A DNA stretch of 61,299 nucleotides, the filler included, from Sphacelaria rigidula (lineage: Eukaryota): the NCBI GenBank assembly GCA_964200075.2. It is 6 parts of 6 records of this genome, joined end to end, with 100 filler letters (N's around TTAATTAATTAA, not from the genome) between each part and the next. Parts side by side here need not be neighbours in the genome. Positions count along the whole stretch, not along the records: positions 51,168 to 61,299 come from CAXNAA020007066.1; 5 more parts are not named here. The stretch is one strand, 5' to 3'. Made by a program: the position numbers and the translations under genes. This document shows positions 51,168 to 61,299 of this stretch, piece by piece (the stretch's first letter is position 1; every line of letters begins with the position of its first letter). A model generated the notes under the pieces. That model had not been told where the DNA came from and searched no databases. It was given only the letters and a program-made list of their open reading frames with translations.

Positions 51168-51659
51168 TCTCCATCCTCAACATAGATCATCCGCTGTTTT
51201 CGGGGGGGTTTTTTAACGTCGGAAAAAAATCGACATAGTCGATTTGTTTTTTGTTATATCCCGTCAGTAACGACCCTGAGCGCAGCAGACTGTAGGCACG
51301 CCGTTGAGTGTGGTCTTGCATCGGGTGGCCCTCGACAGTCTCGCGACGAACTCTAACCTACAGATTAAAGCCACTCTTTTCTCAGGAAAACCTTGCTCAG
51401 CATTCCTGTCCAACTGGTCTGCATCTGCACCTGAACGTATAGGTTATTCTCCAAAACTCGGAACGGTCAGCTCCTCGTCCCAAATCAGTTTCGAGTGGGC
51501 AATACGACGGTTATAATGGTCGGTCTTCCGGCAGGCTCACCGACAATACGACGTATTTCCGTCACAAGGTCAGCGTTGCTGATGATCCTCACTCATGACA
51601 CACTAGACATAACAACGGAGAGTACCAACAACGGAAGCTGCTTTGTATTCTGTGCAATT

Positions 51660-51790
51660 ATTAATTTGATTTGATTGATCGATTGTCGCACTTTAGCTGA
51701 CCCCCCAGGGATCCAGCCGTGGTCACATGATAGACGTATCCAAGAGGCGACAAAAAAAACACTCGCTGAAGAAAACAAATAAGCAGAAAA
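51660..51790 (-). mobile_element. Short non-LTR retroelement 3' end with a CAAT-type tail
   Basis: Minus strand GTGACCACGGCTGGATC...TCAGCTAAAG...CAATCGATCAATCAAATCAAAT; related to 23630-23760. Confidence 0.5.
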
Positions 51791-52634
51791 AAAAATGTTT
51801 GGGAAGGGTATACCCCGGAGTGGGGGATTTTCGGCCGTTATGGTGTTCGGTACACGTTCCGGTATGGTCCGTCAGGCTATTAAGCCCTGTTCCGAACAAT
51901 TTGGTATGACTTGGAAGGGTTTTTGCGGATAAAACACCTCGTTTATACTTCTGTTAATACTCGACGTTAGCCGATATACCGTACGAAACACAACCTTCAT
52001 GCGTTGCACTCAGTCTATACGTGGTAGTGGTAGCACGGCGGAGGCCCACAGGCATACACATAGAACGCGCGCATCTCCACCAAGCTGGTGACACTGGTTG
52101 CTGCAGAAAACATGGCACACACACAAAAGCGCTGAGCATGAACCCCAACCCAGTATGGTTTTTTCTAGTAGCTGCACCTAGAACCGCAGTGGCGCTGGAT
52201 CCCTCTAAAGTGACACTCGGGTCCCCAGTTACGACCCTCCAGCAAGAAGGATACCCTCCGATATCACACTCACACGAATTACCGGAACAGTTTTGATTCT
52301 CTTTTATTGCACATACCATGAACTCAACACCCACCCCTTGTCTAAGGATGCTTCTCAGCAATTTCAAGGGGTATCGCAGCCCGCCTCTCTCCCGACACTC
52401 GCCTTACACGTTGATCATCGAACATTGAATCAGCGCGCACGAATCTCGCTGTTGATATTTGTTTAACTTTTCGTAGCTTCGCTTGGCAAACTCATGCTCC
52501 CGTGCTTCGAACGGCGGAAAACCAGGGGGTAAAGCTGTACTACGCCTAGGAGTGGAAAATGATCCGGAGGTAGTTCGAAAAAAAAAAGGTGTACTCTGTC
52601 ACGGGAAAACTATTTATCGTCCTTTCACATTTAA

Positions 52635-52925
52635 CGACGTTTGCGTGAGATTGAGAGTAGTAGAGCCTGGATTGAGAGTGACTTTGACCATTCGCTTTGA
52701 CTTGGCCATTTTCCATCCCGTGTGTGCTTTCCTATGCCTCTATCACTTGCGTGTGCTCACAGTTACACGACGATGTCCTTCTCAAGGATATCAAGGGCCT
52801 CCGTGGCTAGCTTCTACCGAAAGCATATTGAGGCTCGTGGAGGGTCATTTCGGAACTGAAACGAGTCATGCGCTTTTCACTCTCAATCGTATCCTCTACT
52901 CTCCATCTCACGAAACCACTGTTAT
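52635..52925. mobile_element. Copy of the 35805-36090 foldback core with ~45-bp inverted ends
   Basis: CGTGAGATTGAGAGT...GATTGAGAGTGA pairs with TCACTCTCAATC...ATCTCACG; body colinear with 35805-36090. Confidence 0.75.
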
Positions 52926-54268
52926 TTACGGGTTTTTACCCGCTGCGGGACGATTCCCAAAACCCAGGAGCTGCGCCTCATGGCGTCCTTGGCGAGCACT
53001 TTCAGCAAGGATCCCCTTCTGGCAGTCCTCGGCTCCATGAGCGTTGTAGGATCAGCTCGATCGTGGAAATGCCTGGGGGTAAAAGCGGAGAATAGTGTAA
53101 CGTCGATCTTTCAGCACGTGGAATACGTCACTGTACACCCTTCCATGCCTTCCATAAGCGTTGAAAACGTTTCGATAGGAACGTCCTCTAGCTCAACGCA
53201 GGGACAGGGTACTGTAGGCCAGATACTAGTAAGGTTTTCAAGTGCGAATGGGGATGTCTTTGATCACGGGATTAGTATGTTCTGAGTTTTGGAAAATTAC
53301 CTACTTCAGACACTTTCTCCGATAGCCCCCCCCCCCGGAAACAACAAGTAGTAATATCCCGCAGATGGGTTTGTACCGCCGTGTGGACTTCTTGAAACCA
53401 CAGTGGGTTCCATATTGAACAAACTTAGATCTTAGGGGAACATAGAAGCGTAACGACCACATCCATGGTATACAAGTATGTGACACTATGACCGAGGCCA
53501 TGATTGTACATCAGCGAGGCCCGTTGCCCCCGGCTGAACACGGCAGAGCCCGAGCCATAGTTGAGGATCAGCTGAGGACGATGTGTTCGATCCGGGTGAG
53601 ACCTGATCAGAATACAATCGAGGTACATTCACTTGCGTACAACGCAGGCCAAATGAATCACGCAGAACGATCAACTGCAGTCTGAGCAACGTTGTTGTGC
53701 ATGCTGATGTAGCCGTCGCTCGTCCAATGTTGAACGGATTCACGTCAAAACAAAGACTGTTGTATAGTGCATGGAGCTCAAGAGGAGGAACTAGGGTCGC
53801 TGCTAAATACGCGTGCAGCTGGCTTTTGTTGTGCATTTGTTGTTGGGATCCTGGTGTATGTTGCGTTCGTCACGAATTTCGCGCCACGTCTTGAGACCTG
53901 TCACCGGCGGAGAAAAATGGAAGGATCAGACGTTTGTGCGGGTCCGAACGAAAATTATTTTCTCGGTGAGGCTTAATATCCGCCATGGTGAAAGGGACAA
54001 CACGAAATTGCTTCTCGGGCTAAGAGGTTATGTGTGCGCGTCGAAACAGATACCCTTTGAGCCAGAGAGATAATCCCGAGGCATTGCCCCGTCCCCCGGC
54101 CGACCTCCGAGATATACGGGGATGATTGTAAATGATCAATGGGGTACAATTAGTACCCCTTCCCTAAGTCCCGATTATATGGTAGATACCACCCCCGGGA
54201 ATGGCTGGTTCCTCCACCCCTCCTCAAATCACCTTCTCATCCCCGGCCGAATCTTACGCCCTTCTCAG

Positions 54269-54528
54269 GAGCACTGCTACGGTAGTGGTGCGCTTTTTGC
54301 GCAAAATATTGTCTAGTCCAGGGGCTCCTAACGATTCTAGATGTGCACGAGTGTGGGTCAGGGCAATCCCGTTTGCAAACTCATTCGGGACACCCAAGCA
54401 CATTGGAGTAGTTATCCTGGCGTACTCTCACATATTCTCATAAGTAGGGTTTAGCATGATATAAAGGGCTCCTAACAACAATTATAACCTCAAAAATATA
54501 TTTGTGCACCCCTACCGTAGCATCACTC
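54269..54528 (+). mobile_element. Sola2-like MITE, copy 1
   Basis: GAG...CTC ends; ~25-bp TIR GAG(C/T)(A/G)ATGCTACGGTAGGGGTGCAC; colinear with 56043 and 57754. Confidence 0.8.
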
Positions 54529-54552
54529 TCCTCAAGCCTACTTTTTCGGCAC

Positions 54553-54639
54553 CTGATAATGTCCAGCTCGGTAGCATGTTTCGGTAAACCTCGAACAAAC
54601 ACCGCGTAGTTGCTGGCTTGAAGTGTGTCTCGGCTAGAC
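54553..54639 (-). CDS. Exon of an OSCA/TMEM63/TMC-like membrane protein (R-SSRDTLQASNYAVFVRGLPKHATELDII)
   Basis: S.Y.V.VRGLP motif typical of the cytosolic domain following a TM helix; TTCTCCACAG acceptor, AG|GTGCCG donor, phase 2/2. Confidence 0.7.
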
Positions 54640-54709
54640 CTGTGGAGAACGGTCAGCGGGTGCATGTTTTGGTGTGAGGATAGACGCCGCTTATTGGAGC
54701 ATGACAAAA

Positions 54710-54975
54710 GAGCGGTGCTACGGGGAGGGGGGGGGGGCACAAATATTTTCCAAGGTTCGAAATGTGGGAAGCCCAATTTCGCATCCACAAAAATGAATCA
54801 TGAAATATGTGAAAGCACGCCACGATGATCCTTCAATGGGCTGAGGATATCCCGAATGAATATGAATACGGGAGTATCGCTGACCAATATGTTCTTGAGT
54901 AGCTCCTCACTTCAGGAGCCCCCGAATGAAAAAACAAATGGACCCAAAAGTGCGACTCCTAGCATAACATGACTC
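54710..54975 (-). mobile_element. Sola2-like MITE, copy 4 (inverted, more degenerate)
   Basis: Starts GAGCGGTGCTACGG, ends ...ATGACTC; perfect 4-bp AAAA flanks; body matches the reverse complement of the other copies. Confidence 0.7.
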
Positions 54976-55276
54976 AAAAGGCGACACTGTTTCGAACTGA
55001 AATATCAACATGTTTTCAATAATAATGGCATGTAAATAAAGTCGGCGGACTGTGAACATGATTCTCCAACGCTCGACAATAAAGTGCAGGGTAGTGGGCA
55101 TCGGGGTAGACAATGTTTGGCCCCTCAAGAGCAAGAATTTGCCTAGTGAAGGAAGGGGGGCGGAAGGCACGACCGAAAAAGCAACGAAGAGAGAGAAAGA
55201 AACAAAAAGAACAGGGGCCAATCCACTCGACGGGCCATATATCCTGACTCGCGCTGTTGCTGTTCAAGACGAGTAC

Positions 55277-55371
55277 CTGGATGTTTCGTTGATGACCTGG
55301 TCGAGTCTGGGCACAAGGAGGACGAAAATAATGCTGCACAAGATGTCCAAGGCCACGCACACCCCCGCAGC
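55277..55371 (-). CDS. Upstream exon of the same channel-like gene (AAGVCVALDILCSIIFVLLVPRLDQVINETS)
   Basis: Transmembrane-like helix; TAG acceptor; AG|GTACTC donor, phase 2, joins 54639 in frame. Confidence 0.65.
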
Positions 55372-56042
55372 CTAGTTTTATGTATACACACAGGCAGGGT
55401 AAGTATTAAGCGGGGGACAATATGGGGCATCACGTTCGAAATTTATCGCCGTGTACGACCCAACAACTTGAGGAGCCAACACCTGTTCGACGTATAGCCT
55501 CTGCCAGACGATCTGGACAAGAGGACTTTCAACGAGGGACCCCCTTCAGTATCACTGGCCTCGTGCCCGACGAGTCCTTTCTTCTAACTTGGCAGTATCA
55601 CGGAATGATCCAGAAACTGATCACGAGCCAGACAGCAAGGGGTCACACAGATAAGGGTCATCAATCCAGGATCTCCTGTCCCCTCCCACTGCTCTAACCA
55701 TGCATGCGATTATGCTGAAACCTACGGCTTGGTATCATTTGGCTACAGCACCCTCAAAGCGAGTTCAAGACAAACGAACGAATACAGACGTTAGCATACC
55801 GTCCCCTCCCCGCATGCTCAAAACATTTCACCAACTCTTTCAGCAAGCATTAGGCTCTCGGGTTATGTTTGTTTCGCCGGCCCAAACATCAAGCGGCCTT
55901 CCGCCAAGGCAGAAACACTCTTTCCTCTCGTTCGCTACCGTGCTTCAAACGGCAGCCCCGCATTTTGCGCAAGCATTTCACCTGCTATTTTATGGATATC
56001 CACCTGAGGGTGGCCGTGCCATCGTGGTCCAACTGGTGGAAC

Positions 56043-56303
56043 GAGCAATGCTACGGTAGGGGTGCACGTTTTGCGCGAAATCTTGTCTGGTTCAGGGGCT
56101 CCTAATGATTCTGGATGCACAAGAATTTGGGTCAGGACATCCCTGTTTGCAAATTCAGTCGGGATATCCCCAGCACAGTGGAATGGTAATTCTGGCGTAC
56201 TCTCACATATTTTCATAAGTCGTGTTTTGGATGAGATTAAGGGCTCCTAACAATTAAGATTAACCTCAGGAAATATATGTGCACCCCTACGGTAGCATCA
56301 CTC
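56043..56303 (+). mobile_element. Sola2-like MITE, copy 2
   Basis: GAG...CTC TIRs with a perfect 4-bp GAAC target-site duplication. Confidence 0.85.
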
Positions 56304-56727
56304 GAACTGAAGATCAGTTACGACGGAAGAGTACGGGTTCGAATGCCGGCAGATGAGTATATGGGTCTTTTTCTTCAAAGTATCTGATTTTCGTCGTTGA
56401 AAACTTGAGAACATGAGTGGCGAAAAAGCTCGTTTGAGGGGGGTCGACGTGGTGTGGAAGTGGTCATCATCCAACCCACGATACCAAAGTGCAAGGCATT
56501 TCCTGCGGCAGAGATGATTTGATACCTCGAGACCACGCACTCGCCCCGAGGAAGGGGAGGCATTGACGGGGCGTCCTATAAAAAATAAATTCCGATCATG
56601 AAAAGGCCGCGGAAATCGTGAAATTATGATCTGATGGACCCACATCATTCATGTTCTTCAATGACTGCTACTATTACGATAATTATTGCGCGCGACCGGA
56701 AGGCAAGAAGAGAGAAGCTCGTGGTTC

Positions 56728-56731
56728 TTGC

Positions 56732-56793
<62 letters not shown>

Positions 56794-57430
56794 TCTTCAC
56801 GTTGAAGACCGTTCCGATCCCTGCGTAGCGCCTTCGAACTTCCGTATTGGGCATCTGATGTGGACGTCTTCCGTGACCATAGGCTAACTACCCAAAATAA
56901 GGTACAAGGAAATCCAACAGACATAAAATAGGAACCAGACGTATCAACAAACACACGATACTATAAAAAGAGTGGAGGATGATGATCCCAGAAGATTCGA
57001 TGCTAAGGGCGACCAGTCGGAGTAAGGAGATAGAGCTTATCGCCCCCACTCGACACGCTAAGCCAAGCAAAAATAGTATCGAAATCAAGAATCACAGAAA
57101 ACCAACAAATGACAATAAAAATCGCACAGTTCTATCCTTGTACCCCTACTAGACCTGGGTGCGTTACCCACCGGGTTTACGCTGGCCATGCCCTTTCCCC
57201 ATACATATCTACACATGTGCGGGGGGTCTCGAAATCGAGACACACGTGTTACCCGTATGCTCCACTCAAAGACAAAACAGGGTATCCAAACATCCCTACC
57301 GTGTTGAAACATTTCATGTCGGGTTTTTACCGGCCGGGCACATTCCCACCACACACAGACGCTCGAGCGACAGCCGTATGTACGAATATTCTGGGCATAA
57401 CAAAAAAAAGTCGAGTTAGCAAAATGCACC
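56728..57430 (-). mobile_element. Probable LINE/SINE 3' end with a (CAACAG)n(CAA)n tail
   Basis: T-rich UTR-like minus-strand segment ending abruptly in a microsatellite at 56728-56795. Confidence 0.5.
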
Positions 57431-57753
57431 ACAGGGGTACACTTACGGTTGCGGTCAGGCGGTGTAGTATCAACACCAAGAAAAGAATGAGGAAAAGGAA
57501 CGGGCTTCCAAAAGCAGCGTGCTGACTAGTCGTCGTAACCACGGACCCGCCCGGCGATTAATCAGCACACTGTTTCTAGACGCGTGTTCCTTCTCTCGCT
57601 TCTTTCCTTGGTATCGATAAGATCCGCCCTCAGGGTTAGGATAGCTTCCAAGGGTCGGACGAATTGATGATTCGTCTGGAACTTACCTTATTTTAGTGTG
57701 ATTGATTCGTACGTAAACGTACGAATCAATCGTTAGGCTTTGTTTTCAGCACT

Positions 57754-58010
57754 GAGCAATACTACGGTAGGGGTGCACTTTTTTCGCGAAATTATGTCTA
57801 GTTTGGGGGCTCCTGACGATTCAAGATGCACAAAAATATGGGTCAGGACATCGCCGTTTGCAAAATCATTCGGAATATCCCCAGCACATTGGAGTAGTAA
57901 TCCTGGCGTACTTTCACATATTTCAATAAGTCGCATTTTGCGTGAGATACAGGGCTCCTAACAATTCTAACCTCAGAAAATATTTGTGCACCCGTACCGT
58001 AGCATCACTC
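57754..58010 (+). mobile_element. Sola2-like MITE, copy 3
   Basis: Same TIRs and body; flanks CACT/CGTT (2 of 4 match). Confidence 0.8.
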
Positions 58011-58827
58011 CGTTGCAGCCCATGTACGCGCAGCCCAGGCAAGTGAAATGGCGCAAAAATTGCGTGGAGACCTTTTTGACCAGCGGTCAACTTTTCCCTG
58101 TCTTTCGAGCAACCAGGCCTGAAAAAGGTGGATTCGGTGATTCGAACCGGCGATGATTTCTCCGAACCGTGATAACTTTTTCAATCGAAAACATGCGGCA
58201 GAAAGGCACGAAAGGGAACCCACTGGACTCTTACCTCCCGAACCGCCTCACCAGATGCCATCGCGTTCACAGAACCACGCAGATCGCACACGGCTCATTC
58301 TCAGCTACCATCGCAACCCCGCATCATACAGCACGAGTTAAATACAGGGCTACATATGCTACAGCGGTTGGGAACTGACACTATCACCCTCTTCGCATGA
58401 TTTGATGCTGTCAGCTGGTAATACTTGAGCGTCTTCCTTTTTAGTGGGGGTCGGCGATGGAATTGTGTGTTACTGTAGGGTGAGCGCCCGAGTTGCGTAG
58501 ACGCTCATGGACAGTACACCCAGTACAAAACGGCACGTTGTTGAAATCGTTTTTACATCCTACTGTCTGCACCGCACTTCGTTTGAATCGTTTTCACATC
58601 TCACTGTACGCAGGCAGTACGGGCAGTACAGTGTGTGATACTGTACTGCACGTTGCTTGCTTCGCCACACTCGCCGCCGCTATTTTTCGCTCGGGGCTTT
58701 CGAACTCGCTCGGACCGAAACCGCGCAAAGCAGACGAATTCCATCGAACCAATCCCGCCGCTTTCCTTTCGTTCGAACGATGTCTTTGATGAGGCATGCC
58801 CTAAAAGTGTTACAAAAAACAATAGAA

Positions 58828-59500
58828 GGTATCCACTTGGAATCTGAATTTCATCTGGGGTATTCATCTGCAAATCCATCTGAGGTATCCATCCGGGATC
58901 TCAAATTCACCTGAGGTATCCATCTGGGATTTCAATTTCATTTGGGGTATCCATCTGGGATTTCAAATTCATCTGGGATATCCATCTGGGATGCATAACT
59001 CGTGCGGGATATCCATCTGGGATTTCAAATCCATCTGGGGTATCCATCCGCGATTTTACATCGATCTGGACTGTCCATGTGGGATTTTACATCCATCTGC
59101 AGTATCCATCTATGAGCTTTCATCCATCTGCGGTATCCACCTGGAATCTCGAATCCATCTGGGGTATCCATCCAGGATTTAAAATTCATCCGGGATATTC
59201 ATCTGGGATTTCGATTTCATCTGGGATATCCATCTGGGATGCATAACACGTTCAGGATATCCATCTGGGATTTCAAATCTATCTGGGGGATCCATCCAGA
59301 ATCTCATATTCCCCTGAGCTATTCATCTGGGATTTCAAATTCATCTGGGATATCCATCTGGGATGCATAACTCGTGCGGGATATCCATCTGGGATTTCAA
59401 ATCCATCTGGGGGATCTATCCCAAATCTCAATTTCATCTGGGGTATTCAACTGGGATCTCACGTCATCTAAGGTATCCATGTGGGACATGCGTGTCCATC
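58828..59500. repeat. 29-30-bp tandem array (GGG(A/G)TATCCATCTGGGATTTCAAATTCATCT), ~22 units
   Basis: Direct reading; an ~88-bp block at 58952 recurs at 59324; inverted degenerate units at ~60020-60215. Confidence 0.92.
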
Positions 59501-60835
59501 TGCAAGGTAAACCGCTATCTACGACATGAACGTTGATCGGACATATTCATCAGGGATGGTAGTCTGGGAGATCTTACAACCCACTCGGGATGTCCATCTG
59601 AGACGTTCATATTAGTGCATGGATATATATTCAGGACGTCCATTTGGGGCGCTGATGTGGATTGTCTATCGCGGGAGTGTCCCAGATCGACATCCATCGA
59701 GGACTTGGGCGCACATCTAGAACATTTCACCTGCTGAAACCAGTTTGCCGTGTGACGATTTTCCAGGATGCAGGTTACCGCTGAAAACTGAACCCGACCC
59801 AACACACCGACCGTAACGGTCGCGCTGACCCAAATTCATGGTAGGCACATCTCTAGGTTAGCGTGTGCTGGTAAAGCACCGTGCAGTCAGTGTTCCCGAA
59901 TAAAGCATACATGGTGGCTAGAGAATGCAGGAAGAGGGCAGTGTGCACCGTACGCCCTTAGGAAATACGAGCACCTCTCGGTGATGGCATGCTGGCAGAA
60001 AGTCATGCTTCTGTATACGCAGAGATGGGCGTCTCAGATGGGCATCCCAGGTGAATTTCAGGTCCCACATGGATCTCCCGGGCGGATGAAAAGTTTCAGT
60101 TGGACGTTTCAGATGCACCTAAGATCTTGGATGGATATACCAGACGGGTGCCATGTACCAGCTGGAATATGTCCCAGATCGGCGCCCGTATCCCAGACGG
60201 ATATCGCAGGTGGATGCTTACACGACAATGCGAATGTATGCTTCTCACTTACACACACCCATCCTCGGAATGAATCACTAAGCTCAACAGATTAACGCAT
60301 CTCTCATCCAATACATCTGACGTCGAGCGTTGGACAATTGACGATCAGCACTCCCGCGACCCGGTCGACTTTTTTCCCAGCTACTTCGAGTTTCATTTAC
60401 TCGCGCGCCCACGCTTTCGGACGATGGTAAGGAGGAAACAGAGTGTTGGAGTGTTGGAGTCGGGATTCTAGACGGCCAGGCCTCACAACTGAGTGTCGAT
60501 CGACCACTTCAGACCAACCCCGTGCGGGCGTTGCTTCTTGATTCCCATAAAATCAGCCGCACCTAAAGCAATGCTTCACCCGTCAGTCCCCTGATATGCC
60601 TTTTTGGTGATTTCGCGCTTCGGTTCCTGAAGGTTAACCCTTTTGGAACCCATTGACAATTTTTGTTTTGTGAAGCGGCATCATTTTGAGTTGATCATCA
60701 TTTTGACTTGAAAATGACTGGAAATGATACCGATTCACAAAAATAAAAATCTTCAATGGGTTCCATGAGGGTTAATGATTAATAGGCGGCCCAAGAGCAG
60801 GTACAGCATCACAGTGGATAATAAACACAGGTACA

Positions 60836-60880
60836 TGTGTATGTGTGTGTGCGTGTGTGTGTGTGTGTGTGTCTGTGCGT
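60836..60880. repeat. (TG)n microsatellite
   Basis: Direct reading. Confidence 0.9.
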
Positions 60881-61224
60881 GACCCACAGCGGCAGGCCAA
60901 ACGAGGGTACACCTTGGGTGTGCATGCCTGTATGCATGTCACCGGCAACAGCAGGCGAGGGATAACAAGAAAAATGTTGCGATTTTTTGCTTCACTCTGT
61001 TGCCTCTCTTGAAAAACTTTCACTGCTCTAGCGACCAAAAGGGTGTAAATAATGAATTCTTGGGTCTGATCTTGCCTTCTCAGGCAGCGTTGGGTGCAGC
61101 ACCTGAGTGCTTCACCTCCACTCGGTCGTTCGACGTTGAAGCGGGTGACATATCATATATCCACTCACTGGAAAACAACACCGTTCACCTTTGCTTGTCG
61201 CCTGAGGCCAACTGGTATGGGAAA

Positions 61225-61299
61225 TTATTTGGGGGGGAGGGTGGGGGGGGTACTCATTTGTTGCTTGCCTTAGTCGTTTGACCATTGACCATGCATCCC
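61225..61299 (+). repeat. Repeat terminus at the scaffold end, inverse of 40945-41015
   Basis: G-run then TACTCATTTGTTGCTTGCCTTAGTCGTTTGACCATTGACCATGCATCCC. Confidence 0.9.

Noticed and set aside
56645-57088. Poly-C/poly-N/poly-T ORFs and a hydrophobic 66-aa ORF as channel exons
   Set aside because: Better explained as the microsatellite tail and T-rich UTR of a retroelement 3' end
58828-59500. CRISPR-like repeat-spacer appearance
   Set aside because: The period is only ~30 bp, the variable parts are ~11 nt and related to one another, there are no cas genes, and the context is eukaryotic

Overview
Eukaryotic DNA, most likely from a brown alga or other stramenopile (inferred from the WSC-domain gene, short GT-AG exons in TE-rich introns and repeat style). 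The window is not one locus. It is six unrelated ~10.13-kb scaffolds (1-10135, 10236-20369, 20470-30602, 30703-40835, 40936-51067, 51168-61299), sorted by size and joined by 100-bp N44-TTAATTAATTAA-N44 linkers. Scaffold 1 holds a decayed Ty3/Gypsy element (RT-RNaseH-integrase-chromodomain plus a Tudor-like module) and a ~2.1-kb LTR. Scaffold 2 holds a spliced gene with a 2.3-kb low-complexity exon and an RTE-LINE remnant. Scaffold 3 holds a second LTR copy and a complete five-exon gene, mostly missed by the ORF track, for a 262-aa secreted protein (signal peptide + WSC domain + an unnamed Cys/Gly/Asp-rich domain). This gene is the most interesting item. Scaffold 4 holds the 5' exons of BCKDHB and several foldback MITEs. 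Scaffold 5 holds a decayed RTE LINE interrupted by a 1.75-kb TIR element. Scaffold 6 holds exons of an OSCA/TMEM63/TMC-like channel gene with four Sola2-like MITEs nearby, and a 29-30-bp tandem array. No rRNA, tRNA or CRISPR was found.
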